Below, piece by piece: positions 47,902 to 60,450 of a DNA stretch of 64,000 nt; position 1 is the stretch's first letter, and each line of letters starts with the position of its first letter. A program made the position numbers and the translations under genes. The notes below the pieces were generated by a model, which ran no database searches, was not told the DNA's origin, and was given only the letters and a program-made list of their open reading frames with translations. The stretch comes from Zygnema circumcarinatum SAG 698-1b (Eukaryota > Plantae > Zygnematophyceae), in assembly GCA_037447605.1 (NCBI GenBank), contig CM074806.1, positions 2,542,001 to 2,606,000 of the forward strand, in the 5' to 3' direction.

Positions 47902-49210
47902 GATAGAATACCACCTTTTCATTTGAGTATATATTTCGGGCAATTGACCCTCGGTGGGCGAATGGCAGGTGCCTAGATTGTTTGATAAGTGGAGCTGGCC
48001 CTTCTTGGCATACAAACAATAGGCGCCTCAGTGGCAGGTCGCTCATTAACAGTAGAGCTTGTTGGCTGCCCTATCTGCATTCTTTGTTCTGTACGGCTAG
48101 TTCAAGTAGGTTGTCAGATAGGTGTAAGATTTTGCAAAACCGTCACAAGAGGTTGCTGTCCTGTTGAGGCTGGAATTGAGGCGCGCCAGAAATTCTGAAG
48201 TCTGCAATTTATGCTACTGCTGGGGATGCTGTCTGTGCTGTGCCGCATTCTCTCCTGGAGCTCGCCTTTTTTTTGGACGTTGTATCAACGTTGCTAGCAA
48301 TTTAGAGCTATTTTTGGGTGGAACATGGTAGTAGAAGTTTTGCAATCTCTTTCTAGTCCAGCTTGCTGGGTTGGGTTTGTAAGGAGACTGACCGAAAGTT
48401 CTCTCGTTAGACGACTCCATGGTTCCCATGGGCACATGCTTCGGAGATATTTAGTTTCACAGTGCCAACTCCTTGTGTAGTTGGCAGTTTTTTTATTCAG
48501 CAAGCGCATAAAGTGAAGCCGGATGGCTCGGAAGGGCATGTTCGGGCCGTGCTCTTTCGAGTCACAGAGGCACTGTTGACTGATGCTTGTGACATGCTCC
48601 ACAAGTTCACCTCGCTAGTTCTGCAACAGTGCAGAACCAATGTGGTACTGCTTCACAGCCTCTTATGGCGTGTTGTAAACTGCCGCTATGTTGCGCCCCT
48701 GCCAGGCTGCAATCTGACTACAGAGACAGCGTTTCGGAACTTCAAAATTTTGAGCCGTGCCGAACCATACAGCAGATCACGAAAATACCGACATCTGTCG
48801 ACTATGTAGTGTATCTTCAAGCCGCTTGGCACTTGAAGATCACATGTAACCAGGCTATATCATGCTACGAGTACTCATGGAGAGCCTCCTGTGAAGCAGT
48901 GGTGTTCCTTCCTGGCTACAGCGAAGTCATCATGTCATCCACGTTCCATCCGGCAAAATTGACGTGTTGAAGTGTTGAAGTGTTGACGCCAACAAGTTGA
49001 ACGCCATGGTATAAGAATTATTCAATTCACTAACGCAATTGAAGACGCAAACAAACACTTTCCTCTCTGTCTGTAAATAGCTTATGACGCTCCCAAGCTC
49101 AAATGGTTCGCAGCTAAGGAAATAAAAATGATTGCAGAACCAGGTAAGGAACCCGGGTAAGAAATGAAAAGTGTGGGGAGGCCACGGGGAAAGAGGAGGC
49201 ACCTCATGTC

Positions 49211-50035
49211 TCAATTTTCAAAAGCACTGTCATCGTTTGCAACCATCTCAGCACCTGCATAAGAAGCCGGTGTGGCAATCTCTGTCCACTTCCGCTTATT
49301 CTGTGTCTCGTACGTACGAAGCAAGTCCTTGTTCCGAATCGCTTGGTGTCTCTGATCAGCTTGGGCTGGAGTCATTATAACTTCCTTGCAGTCTCCTGCG
49401 CGAGACAAGTTCCCATTCACCTCGTTCGGCAATGGCAATTCATTCTCCGACCATACTTTCTCCTACATGACATGAAACGACAGCGTTTAGGATCCATTAT
49501 TTTCTGTCCCCGCTTTTCAATAACGTTCTCGGTCATTGTCTAAAGGAGGGAGATTATGGAGCTTATCAAGCGCGGAATTGGTAAGGGTGCAAGAAAGCAA
49601 CAAGATAGCTAAGGAAGTGAGAGGATTAGAGACAAAATCATTGGACGAACCATGAAAACCAGAATTCTTAAAACGTCACATAAGCAAGGTGGAGTACAAG
49701 AAATGGAGAAACGGGAACATAAGAAAACATAGGGAAAAGAGCAAAAGGAAAAGTGAGACCAATCGGAAGAGACAGAAGCATTTGGCAAGAGAAGATTGCG
49801 TTATTTTGCCTCAGAGGATCACATGAAGTTGGGAGAGAGATGGAACAACTTCTAAGGGAAACAAAAAGCCAAAGCATAAGGAAAGAAAGGACATCGAGAA
49901 GGAGAAGCAGCCAGAAAGACAGAGAGACAAACAAACAAAACCGCACAGAGAGAAATTTATCACTGTTGAATGCAAGAAAGCCTCGATTATTCCGCTCACC
50001 TGCTTGGAAAAAGTTTCGATTTGCGTATTATCCAT
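49211..50035 (-). CDS. Possible small orphan protein (about 96 aa, 2 exons)
   Basis: MDNTQIETFSKQ (50035-50000, donor GTGAGC) joins in frame through a pyrimidine-rich intron to an open exon from 49462 (EKVWSENELPLPNEVNG...RNKDLLRTYETQNKRKW...FEN*). No family was recognised. Confidence 0.28.
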
Positions 50036-50726
50036 CTGAACTTTTGTTAGATTGTAAATCTTCTTCAGGCAGAACCAACGGGTTGTGCCTCGAGATCATC
50101 CTGCACCACTCGTGACGTAAACAAATGCTCAGATCATAGCAAGCACGGAATGCATAGGAGTTCAAAACGCGGGTGATATCTTTTGACACTGCCTTATCCA
50201 ATCAAATGCCAGCCTCTCCTTCATCAGTTCGTCAAATCTGAGTATTCCTGTTCTGTTTTCAGTTAGTTCTCAACAAAAAAGCACCAGATATTCTCGTACA
50301 TCTTTTATTTGCGGCCAACTGAAAACAGCATCAAGTAGAAAATGTCATTGCTACAAGAAAACAAGACATTTTCAGAAGACCACCAGAAGTCCAGCTATCA
50401 ATCAACTCCACCCTCTCACTCCGTTTCCAGCAGAGCTCCCTCCCTGACGCTTGCAGTGAAGCTCGCACAGCAAACCGCGAAAACAGAAGGAAGCCCTTTA
50501 CAGTGGCGCGCGATGCATGCCTCCCGAATCGATCCAAACATAGAACTAGTACCCACAGCAGCTTCGATCCATCGGGTTTGGTATCATGCAAAGTACGTTT
50601 TCCGATTTGGAGAAGTGCCTTAACCACCTGTCTAAGCTAAAAATCGCGCGGATGGCGTTTCACATTCAAGTTCAATTCAATTCAAATTTTCATCCAGTTT
50701 TGTTTCCGCCGCCCTGTGCTTTTAGC

Positions 50727-50796
50727 GGCATGGCATGTGGCATGGCATGGCATGGCATGGCATGATGACATGTGGCATGGCACGATGGCATGGCAC
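50727..50796. repeat. (TGGCA)n pentanucleotide microsatellite
   Basis: ggcatggcatgtggcatggcatggcatggcatggcatgatgacatgtggcatggcacgatggcatggcac. Confidence 0.85.
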
Positions 50797-51717
50797 GGGG
50801 GGTGAAGTCGAAAGGAGGGGAAAAAAAGTTTGTTGTGCCTAGGCGTAGTTTTCCGCTCTTAGCCTCTTTCTGTTGTGCTTAGGTCCTTTGCAACCAGTCC
50901 CTCGTGGTTCCACATCATGCTTTTGTCCATGTACACTTGATGGCCTCGCCATCGTGAGTTCAATGAAATTTTCCCTCTTGGATGCCTTTATTTGACAGTT
51001 AAGTATATTCGCCTGGGTTATTAAACCACAGTGAGAGGCAAACACCATCTCTCCACCCAAACATGAAGAGGGCCAATTAAGAGAATACCCTTGCGTACTG
51101 CATTCAGAAACCAAGAATAAGGGCGATCGGATCTGCCCTTGAAGGACCGCTTGACCTCTCCAACTCGATGCAGTCGCCGGCGGTGAGTACACACAGAGCT
51201 CTCGCTCTGCATCTGCATTTTTTCCGATGCTCATTTCACACAGCCATAGGCATGTTCCCAAAGCGTCCCCTTTCCTTAAGTCGCACTATTATGCTGTCGA
51301 TAATTTGCTTTTCTCAATTTGTGTTGTCATGACACTATACACTGCCCTTGCTTGAGATTGAAAAAGTGTTCCCACATTGGTGCGATCAAAGTACCCCTGA
51401 CAGCAAGGCGAGGTTACATGACAGACGAACAGGTAAGGTTGAACGAGATGGAATCCAATATCATCCATGGTACATGTCTGTATGACAAAAGTCTGAATTG
51501 CTGCCGTTAATAAGATCAAAGGAAGAAGACCACAAGGTCGCTTACCCTCAGAGTCACACGCGCTTCATTCAAAAGAAGTCCGAATTCCTACAGACGAGGT
51601 TTCACGTTCTCATTTCAAAGATTGCAATGCCATGTATAGAGTCTCCTATTGTCCAAAACTAAAAGGGTGAATAATAGAACGTGAGGCAACAACCATCTCA
51701 TGGCTGCTGGACAGCAG

Positions 51718-53909
51718 CTACAAACTAAGGGTCACAGCTCGGGGTTTGACGGGAGAGTAGGGCATGCGCGCCAACTGAAGCCATTCGCCCTCCCCGTGAC
51801 GGTTGAACACCCACAACGGCTGCGGAAGTCTCCACATACCAAAGACCTCCCACGTTCCCATCTTCCTCTCCTGACTACCCATAATGTACAAACGGTCCTG
51901 TACAGTCACACAAGCAGGGCACAATTTAGGGACCCTTGGAACTGCATGAAGTGTGCTCCACGTCTCCCAGCAACCACTCGGAGAGGCTGTCTCAGATGGG
52001 CCCATTGCTTCCCCGGAATCTCCTTCAGACAGTGACCTCCCCTGTACAACCGCCCCACCACCTTTCTGGTTCAACTGATCAGTGCCCTCTGCTTCCATGA
52101 AGTAGTCGAGACTGAAGTGGCTCACGGGGGGATTGCGAGACAGCATCAGTTGTCCCATGAGGCTCCAAGATGGACGCAGCATACTCAGCCCAGCGAATTT
52201 TACCAGCTTTGATTCTAACACTGCTGTTCCAAATCCGCGACAGAAAGCTCCATGGGGACCAGGTCCAGCTACTCGCCATTTCTCCAACACCGTATTGTAT
52301 GCGAAGACAGAACCCCTCTCATCGAGGTATCCTCCAGTAGAGTCCAAACCAGCAAAGCCACGCCCGAGCACAATGAAGTCAGCACCCACAGCCTGACCTT
52401 GGCAAGACACTTCATCCGGAAAGAAAATGTTTCCCGGGAGATCTTGAATAGGACTCCATGCATTAGAAGAAGGATTGTAGACTTCCGCGGAAGTCAAAGC
52501 CCTTGGAAAATGATTGTCATCACTTTGAAGCTCCTTCAGAACAGGTGGAGGTTGGATTTCTGGCTTGGAAGGCAGGCCTCTGCCAAAGCGGTACGAAAAG
52601 CTGTCATACTGCCTTGGATTCTCCTTTGGCGAAGCTGGTTTTGCGTCAACCGCTTTCTCTCGTTCCTCACTACATTCTTCATCCCAGTCTTGCGAGGCTA
52701 ATTCCTCTGGAAAACATTGTAAAGAAGAAGAACGTGACTTGTCATCCAAATCTTTTTTTACACAGTCATCCCTGCTCGCGCCCTGAGTGGTTTGATGATT
52801 TGAATCTTCACACGGCTCATCTGGCTCATCAAGTGTCCTACACACCCCCCCCGCTACATAAATTTTGCCTGCAATGACTGCACATGCAAAACCTGCTCTT
52901 GCGTGCCCCATAGAGGCGACGCGTTGCCAGCTGTTTTGCAAAGGAGTGTAGACAAAAACCTCTGCCGATGCCTTCCATATGTACGAGTTAAGGTTCTCAT
53001 CAAACTGCCAGCAGCGACCACCCAGGAGATACACTCTTCCCCCGAGAGAGACGCAGGAGAAGGCTGAACGACGGCCAAGATGCACCCCATGGGAAGTCCT
53101 ACGAGTCGGAAGCTCCCGCCACCTGTCTGATGTAATGTCATAAAACGACATGCGTACTGCCGGTAAGTCAGAGTTTACGCGCTCTGCTATTGGAGGATCA
53201 GGATCTTCGGTCACCTATAGACACAAGGCAGAATAGGGTTCTATTCAGATACGGTTCTATACACATCCAAGGAATAGGCTGTCAACCAGCCACTCTTGAA
53301 GAAAACCATAAACGCATGACAAGAATAACCACGATGAGCTTAATCTGATCCATTCTACTACTAACAGTAGCCCCATGATGACTTGTGCTTCACAAAACAG
53401 CTAGCAACTGGCATACTGAAAGCATGACTTGCTTCAAGAGAGTCAACATAGTGAAAAAATGACAGCAGAAGAAGCTGATTAGTAGTCAATACCAAGCGAC
53501 GAGATCCCTTCCCTTTGCTCCTCCTAGGAAGCTCTTACGCAGCCAACATTTGTAGAACCCGAAACTAGTCATTTATTGCCACAGAAACAACAGGAAGCAA
53601 GGGAATTTGCTAAAAACCAGCCACACAAAACCTTTCCTTATGAGTAAACTAACTACTCTAGTGCGTGAAAATGATCCCCTGGTTACATAGTTGTATGGCA
53701 AAAGCTACGAGCTTTAAAGCTGTACATACCTGATCAAGGACCATAATGAAAGGAGCCCGTGCCGTTTCCATCTTCTCCCGCATCTTATAAAGCTGATTCC
53801 CACAGACAGTGTCACGCCATCGCCTTGACACCTGCTTGGCAACTATGAGGCTCTTGCGATCAAGCCCAGCCAAAGTGTACAAAAATAAATCTTCTGGCAG
53901 ATTGTCCAT
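51718..53909 (-). CDS. F-box/kelch-repeat protein
   Basis: Exon 1 is the F-box MDNLPEDLFLYTLAGLDRKSLIVAKQVSRRWRDTV. The long second exon carries kelch repeats (RVYLLGG...W, KIYVAGG, SAEVYNPSSNAW, FAYNTVLEKW, DRLYIMG...W). Confidence 0.9.
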
Positions 53910-54400
53910 TTTGAAGTCCGATACAGAACACGAGTTGAACTTTCATCCACTGTTCAAGACACTTTTCAGCCAAGTCTGAATAAACTAAATTGTAAATCCA
54001 CTGATTACAGCCGCGCATGTCATAGGTGTGGATCAGGGCAACAGAATACAGGTCTTGGTCCAATTCACTTTGAATTAGTCCTCGTGTCTCCGGCCCAACT
54101 GGCCCAAGACAAGCTCTCTTATATAGGAATATCCTCGATATGTCCAACCAATTGGGACCACAAGCAAAAGCCGGCGAACCTCTGCAGGCTCTAAAACCTC
54201 AGGATTGCATTGCTGCCCTGCTTCGACTGCCCAGCCGGGCACTCTAAAGAGGATGACGAAGAAGACTCCCATACAGACTCACAAGGCCACTTTCCAGCAA
54301 CTGTTTTCCCGATGTGCGGACAGGAAGTTAACAGATTTGAAGCATCTTGAAGCCCCTTAGGAGAAAAGGAACCAAAACCTAACGGCCTCTCCTAAGGAAG

Positions 54401-55951
54401 TCAAAAGTCAGAGCTGTCTGCACCGATGGGTGGAATGTCGGAATAAAGCAGATGCACTCCAAGTGTTGCAGTGATGGCTCGGAATTTGGTCCTCAGAGAG
54501 GAGAGAAGTTCTTGAAAGTCCTCCCTCTGCGTGTCCGCCGAAAGGAAAAAGCCACGCTTCAATGTACTCAGCTAAAATGCAGGCTGAGCATTGCAAAGGC
54601 ACTGCACAGGTTTTGCTGAGTTGCGAAGGCTCATGGGTAGATTGTGACAAACAACAATGTCGTGTGAAAACAGGATTATGGTACTTCCGTGAAGGTGAAA
54701 GACTCGTAAAACGCTAAGAAGGGAAAACCTCGAAAGGGAGTAAAGAAGACATTTAGAAATGCCACACAAAAAACTTTTCACTCGTATACATCTAGCAAAC
54801 CAGCAAACAAAACATACCTCGGGCTCTAACAAAGGGAAAACCCTCAGCTGCTCCTCTAATTGCCCAATGCTCCTACGAGCTCTGCAGTTCAAAGAACCAA
54901 AAATCCGTTTGCAATCAGTATAGAAATGATTATGGTGGAGTACGGGACTGATAATTGCACACAAACATCGTTTCTAAGTTATCAATACTATCTCTACAGC
55001 AACTTCACCAACAATAATGCAGACACATAGAGATCCCCTGAACTAGAAGACTGAAGTTCGACCAGCTCCGAAAGTCGGATTTCCATAATTGATTTCAAAA
55101 TTGAAGAAGTTCAGCAAGGTACTTGTTTTCAGGAAAGGATTTGAGGGAATTCGACTACCTTGCAGAAAAGGCGTCCGCATTGTCCCGCAGAACTCCACTC
55201 CAGACTTGGATACAACCACTGTAAAAGCCAACCTCTTCACCTGAGGACCCCGGAAAAGAAAATAAATGTAACTTGTGGGACACTCAAAATGTTGTGAATG
55301 CAACAGCCGCTTTTGGCACGTCCAGCTTATGGAGCACTGGACGAAGTCAACCACAGATGTTGACGCTTAGTTCATGCTGAGATGACCTAATTCACTTTTT
55401 TCATTATTCACTGCGGATAAATAATATACACAAAATGAACGTATCATGAGGCAAAGGAGCTTCCTGACTGACTTCAACGAAAACATGTTCGTATTAAAAA
55501 TTAATCACTTGCGGTGGAGAACTTAAATAGTGCCGTGAGAACAGAGAGCATGAAGTGACAGAACATCACACCGTCCCTCCAGTCAAAAATAAACGAGGCC
55601 CAACCTGTTTCAAAGCCTGTCTTCAAACCAACTTCGCGCCCTTCCTCTTTGCCTGCAATCAACCCTTCACTGCAAACACCTGCCAGTGCATCAAGAATTA
55701 CTCAAGCCGACCGTGGCCACAATATTACTTTAATCTAGCAACAATACTTTGCCACTGACTTCATATTTAAAACCGCGATTACGTCGCCTTTGTGGCATTG
55801 AAGATCGCCTTGATCGCCTTAGGTCGGCACACGGTACTCACCGGTATCCTTCGTCGTACCCTTCCGCCACGAGGTTGCTTTCTAAGTCTAAAACGGACTG
55901 GAAGATATCAGCTTCAGCATGGGAGAATCCACCATTCACTGCCGTCTGCAT
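54401..55951 (-). CDS. ORAOV1: ORAOV1/LTO1 homologue (Yae1_N domain; ABCE1 Fe-S maturation adaptor)
   Basis: Five exons not captured by the ORF track: ADIFQSVLDLESNLVAEGYDEGY-REGLIAGKEEGREVGLKTGFET-GEEVGFYSGCIQVW...AFSA-RARRSIGQLEEQLRVFPLLEPE-REDFQELLSSLRTKFRAITATLGV...DF*. Confidence 0.92.
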
Positions 55952-57318
55952 GGACGACGCAGAGACGCACTTTATACTTTAGGCTCATTCATCGACATCA
56001 AGACACAACGGAATCGAGAAATAGGATAAGAGGAAGCAGAGTAACAGAAATGAGGATTCTACAAAACCCAGTGTCACTCAAACTTCATCAATATTTCAAG
56101 AAGCGTTGAGATTGATTGAGATTGAGGGGCAAAATTAGTAAGGTATTAAGGCCATCATGAATAAGCATGGTTGGGCCTGACGTTTAAATATTCTGTTTTG
56201 TAGAGATTACTTTGTGCCGCTCGCCAAACCCAAAGATTCCAATAAGCAAGCGTGTACCAGTCATAGCACACACTTAAATGCTCATTCTGTAGCGCAGAGG
56301 GATTTCCAGCAAACTTTCTCATTTTATATGAATAAACACTATTGGAGAAAGGCGGAGTGAATAAGCGTGCAAAAGAGGAAACGGAAACGGGATAGAAACG
56401 GAGACGAAGGCCTCGAAGGACAATCAGACATTGCACGGCGAAAAAAAGAATAAGTCAGGAAAAACGACAGAAGAAAAGAGCAGTAGAATGCTCACGGATG
56501 CTGTGGTCTCCACGTGCAGTGTGTGGCCCTGCCTCAGAGACATAAGCCTCGACGAGTAACAGAATACCTATTCTTTACTAAAAAAAAAAAAAACTCGCGA
56601 TGGCCCAGCCATCAAGTCCAGAAGGGACAGAAACAAGGCACTCCGCCTTCTAGGGACGAGACGCGGCGCTTTGAGTGAAAACGAAGAAAAAAATAATCGG
56701 CGAATCGAAAATAAAAGAAGGCCGACCTAAAGCAAAGCGAACGGAAAGACCGCGAAGGGAGTCCCAAAGCGGTTTCCTTCGAGTGGAGACGTCCAAACTG
56801 ATACTGTTAGCTTCAGTGGTTATGGTTAGGGTTAAGGATTAGGGTTATGGAGTAGCGGGCCAAGCAAAAAAAAAAAATGCCTTTTTGGATGATGGGGCCA
56901 CTTTCTGCATGGATGGAGAAATGGGATATCTCACGGAGCAGGTTTTTTGCAAGGTCAAGGCTGTAGGAGAGCTAGGTTTCTTTCTATGATGTATGACCCC
57001 TAGATGTGAACCTGCATCATGAGTCTGAATTCAGACCCACTTCTCTGGTAGCATCAAGCTGGTAGCAGTTCGTTCAGTGCCTCCTGCAGTTGTTGTCAGT
57101 GGTTTTGATAGGACTCTGGCCAGTAGCAGTGATCAGGCGAACAAATTAGCTTGTACATTCATCTTTGAACAAGTACGGGAAATACTTCGTCCTGTTAGTG
57201 CTGTCTTCAATACTGTGTACTTTGGCTGCAATGGCCATTTAAATCACTTGAAAGCATAATCTAAGTGCAAAAGATCATAACAACTCAAACAGACATTGCA
57301 TTGCATTGGATGCAGCAG

Positions 57319-58996
57319 ATGTTGGGAGTGAAAAAGGTGGAGAGAGTCCTCCCGATTGGCATGCCCCTGACAGTTTAGGGGAGGTGTGTTTCCCTTTCTC
57401 TTGTTCCTTTCCTCGTGATTCTGTTTGTTGGCTGATATCCGAGTTCTGTCAATATATATCTGCCATGGCGGGAGAGTCTGTTTGGCAGACGTCATGTACG
57501 CCCCCTTAATGGCCAATCTGAAACTTCTCAGAGTGAAATACTCTTAAGGTGAAAGTCTAGACTGGACATCTCTTATTTGTATACTCATTGACTGAATTTC
57601 TTCTTGGGGAAGGCAACAGGCAGTTCGTGACGAACAAGGCTCAGTGCGAATTCAAAGGCCGCATCGGGGGTCCTTTTATGTGTCCAGCAAGAGCTTAGAG
57701 CAGCTTATCTCCACTTTAGGAAGATGGTCAGGGTGTGCTACGTTAAACTGCCCACCTATAGAAGAGCAGAGCACTCTGCAACTGAAACAAAGCCATAAAC
57801 TGTTTATTTCTGTTGCTTGCTGACATGTGCATTTTTCTGAGCTACCCGCGCTTTAGAACTGGCTGGTTTTCTCCTGTTCAGTGATCTAATGGTGCATGTT
57901 TCACATATAAGCATCATGGCAGTCGAAGACTGATATCTTTCAGGCACTGAGTCGCATACCAACTTTGTGCAGGTTGTATACATGGCTCTCCATCGGCTGT
58001 ACTGCGATGGGAGTATGGCTCCTTGCTCGCCACACTCTCCACCGCATGGGAGAGAAGCGCCGACGAATGGCATTGCGTCGCAGGTGGGTGTGATCTTAGC
58101 TCCCTCACTTCCCCCAAGCTGTCCTGCCTGCAACCGTCCCCCTTCTGTCTCTGCGTCTGCGTGTTTCCTCGTGATGTTGAAATGGACAGTCGTATGGCAC
58201 CACGGGCCTATATTTACGTCGACGGCGCCCATTGTTTTACTTGTAATACGAACATTAAGGTTCTAATTTGTCTTGTTTTGTGCCTGGTTGGATGTATTGC
58301 AAACAAGTCTTGATTTCTTACTTGAGCGTGCAGAGTGCTGGAAGCTGCTGCCCAACAGGAACAACATCTTGCTGACGGTGATCTCTTGAAACCATAGAAC
58401 CATTACTATGCTCATGGCAAGAGAACAGCTTGCATTGTGTACAAGGGGAGGGGGCCTTAATAGGAGAGGCAGAACAAGGCGTACATTTCTGCTACGGAAT
58501 CATTGTTACAGGAGGTTTCTCTGATTCCTTTTCGAGCGCAGATGTTACTTGATACGCAAACGCAAACGGTTATGAGGAAAAAGGTTTCAAACAGCTTTTT
58601 AGTTAGCCTTACATTTGAAGGTTGTCATCTTGATTCAAACGGCCTCCCTTCTCTCAATTCGTGCAGGCCAGAGATCGAATTCTGAAGCGGATGGAGAGAA
58701 GCCGGAGGGAATCCTGCCGGACCTTTGTGTTATCTGCCTCGAACAGAAGTACACGGCGGTTTTTGTTCCGTGAGCTCTCTCATTGATCCCTGCTTCAATC
58801 CCTCCCACACTATGAAGGAAAGGATCTCCTGCCTTTGAGGTGTAACTGAGTTTGTTCTGACAGCTCCGTTCCACGCGTTTGGCTGGTCAGGTGCGGCCAC
58901 ATGTGTTGCTGCTCCCTATGTTCTGCACAGCTGAGCAATTGCCCACTCTGTCGGCGGCACATTGACCAAGTTGTGCGAGCGTACCGCCATCAATGA
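57319..58996 (+). CDS. SP1: SP1/DAL1-like chloroplast outer-membrane RING E3 ligase; 5' half missing or highly diverged, with a 1-nt frameshift as assembled
   Basis: MLGVKKVERVLPIGMPLTV, AVRDEQGSVRIQRPHRGPFYVSSKSLEQLISTLGRWSR, TM segment LYTWLSIGCTAMGVWLLARH and RING LPDLCVICLEQKYTAVFVP-CGHMCCCSLCSAQLSNCPLCRRHI. There is an in-frame TAG at 57376-57378. May be a pseudogene or an assembly error. Confidence 0.8.
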
Positions 58997-60450
58997 TCCC
59001 TTGCCACGAAGGGATCTGTAAATATACTGCTCGAATTTGTACAGAGCTGCCAATTTTTAGGTCAAGCTCTATGTACAGTTGTTTGACTTTGCATCAGAAA
59101 GTCGTGTGCTGGGAAGTGTGTCAAGCAGTTTAAGACATCTGTTGGCACCGGCTGAGACAGTGTTGATGCGCAAAGGTTTCTGTTTACAAAATGCCCATTG
59201 GTGGAATTTCGTCTTGCAACTTCTTTTACATTAGGGGGAGACAGACCTTGACGATCGCTTACAGAATTCCCTCATTCCTTACACTCCCCCTATTGGTGTT
59301 TTATGTTAAATTTTCCCATGTGCACTGAAAAGTTTTGCATATGATTCATGGCATGTGACTGTAGAACTCATCTTTATACGAGGGTTTCGTATGTTTTAGC
59401 CGGGCTGACTTTGCCGAAATGAGTTACTTGTGCATCAACATGACGATCTGCTGATCCGCAAACCTTGCTCATAGGAGTGTCAGGACACTGGAAAAAAGGC
59501 AGTTGCAAGACAGTCCAAGCATCAACGAAGGCCCCACGTGTTGTTCTAAAAAGGAGCCACGTCCATTCGAATCATATGCAAGGGGCTGCCAAACAGGCTC
59601 ACAACAAACAATCCGTCTTGCTCTCATGTCGTCTCTCAAATGTACACTTGGGGTGGCTGGTGAGCAAGTTCCTACAATACCTGCAACCACTAAGCTACAC
59701 AGCATTCATACGGCATTAAGAAACCAGCCGTCACTCCAACACCAATCAAAAGAACGCTCCAACACAAGCAGTAGCCACCTGCACCGCTCATCTTCCCACC
59801 CACTCAGCCAACGCCGTACCGCCCAACCCTTCCCCTTTCTAAAGAGGCAGCCGAAGCAGGGTTTATTCACAAAAGCAGAACAGCTACCAAAAGAAGGCTT
59901 CAGACAACAGAGTGGCGAACAGAAGCATGGGCGGAGCACATGCGAAGCCTGCAAAACAGAACTTGTACATTACAAACGTGCATCTGCATTGAGACTGAAA
60001 GTGCGGCTAAGTTCCAAGCGATATTCCAACGCCCGCATGTGATGTCCGAGCAGCATGCACCTGCACCCAACCAGGGAGCAGCCAATGTTGGCACACTGCG
60101 CTTGGACGAAATGTAAAGCTACAAGAGGCTCAAAACAAAGTACAGTCCGGGACATACATTGGTCAATAAGCCACCCAGCAGACTCGACGTGATACTGCCT
60201 GGCTAGTCAGCCGGCTGGCCAGACAGGCAGCTGATACACAAAGTCCCTGAGGGGCACTATCACGGAATGACGTTGCATGGGAAGTTAGCAGCTTCCCAAC
60301 CGTTTTCAGTCAGCAGCCGGCACTGCATCTCCAGATGATGCTGGATAGCTGCCCGGGAACGAGGCCTTACCAGCAACGAAGGTGACCTATGGGCCTGGGG
60401 ATCTTGAGTCTTGCTCTTACAGCACCAAGCAGCGGTGACAACCATCAGCC

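Noticed and set aside
56818-56850. TTAGGG-like repeats suggesting a telomere or interstitial telomere
   Set aside because: Only two or three degenerate units in a divergent promoter; better explained as telo-box-like elements.
59465-60445. ORFs between SP1 and the ATC-like gene (for example 59503-60042)
   Set aside because: No recognisable domain or consistent splice model; probably 3' UTR and promoter.
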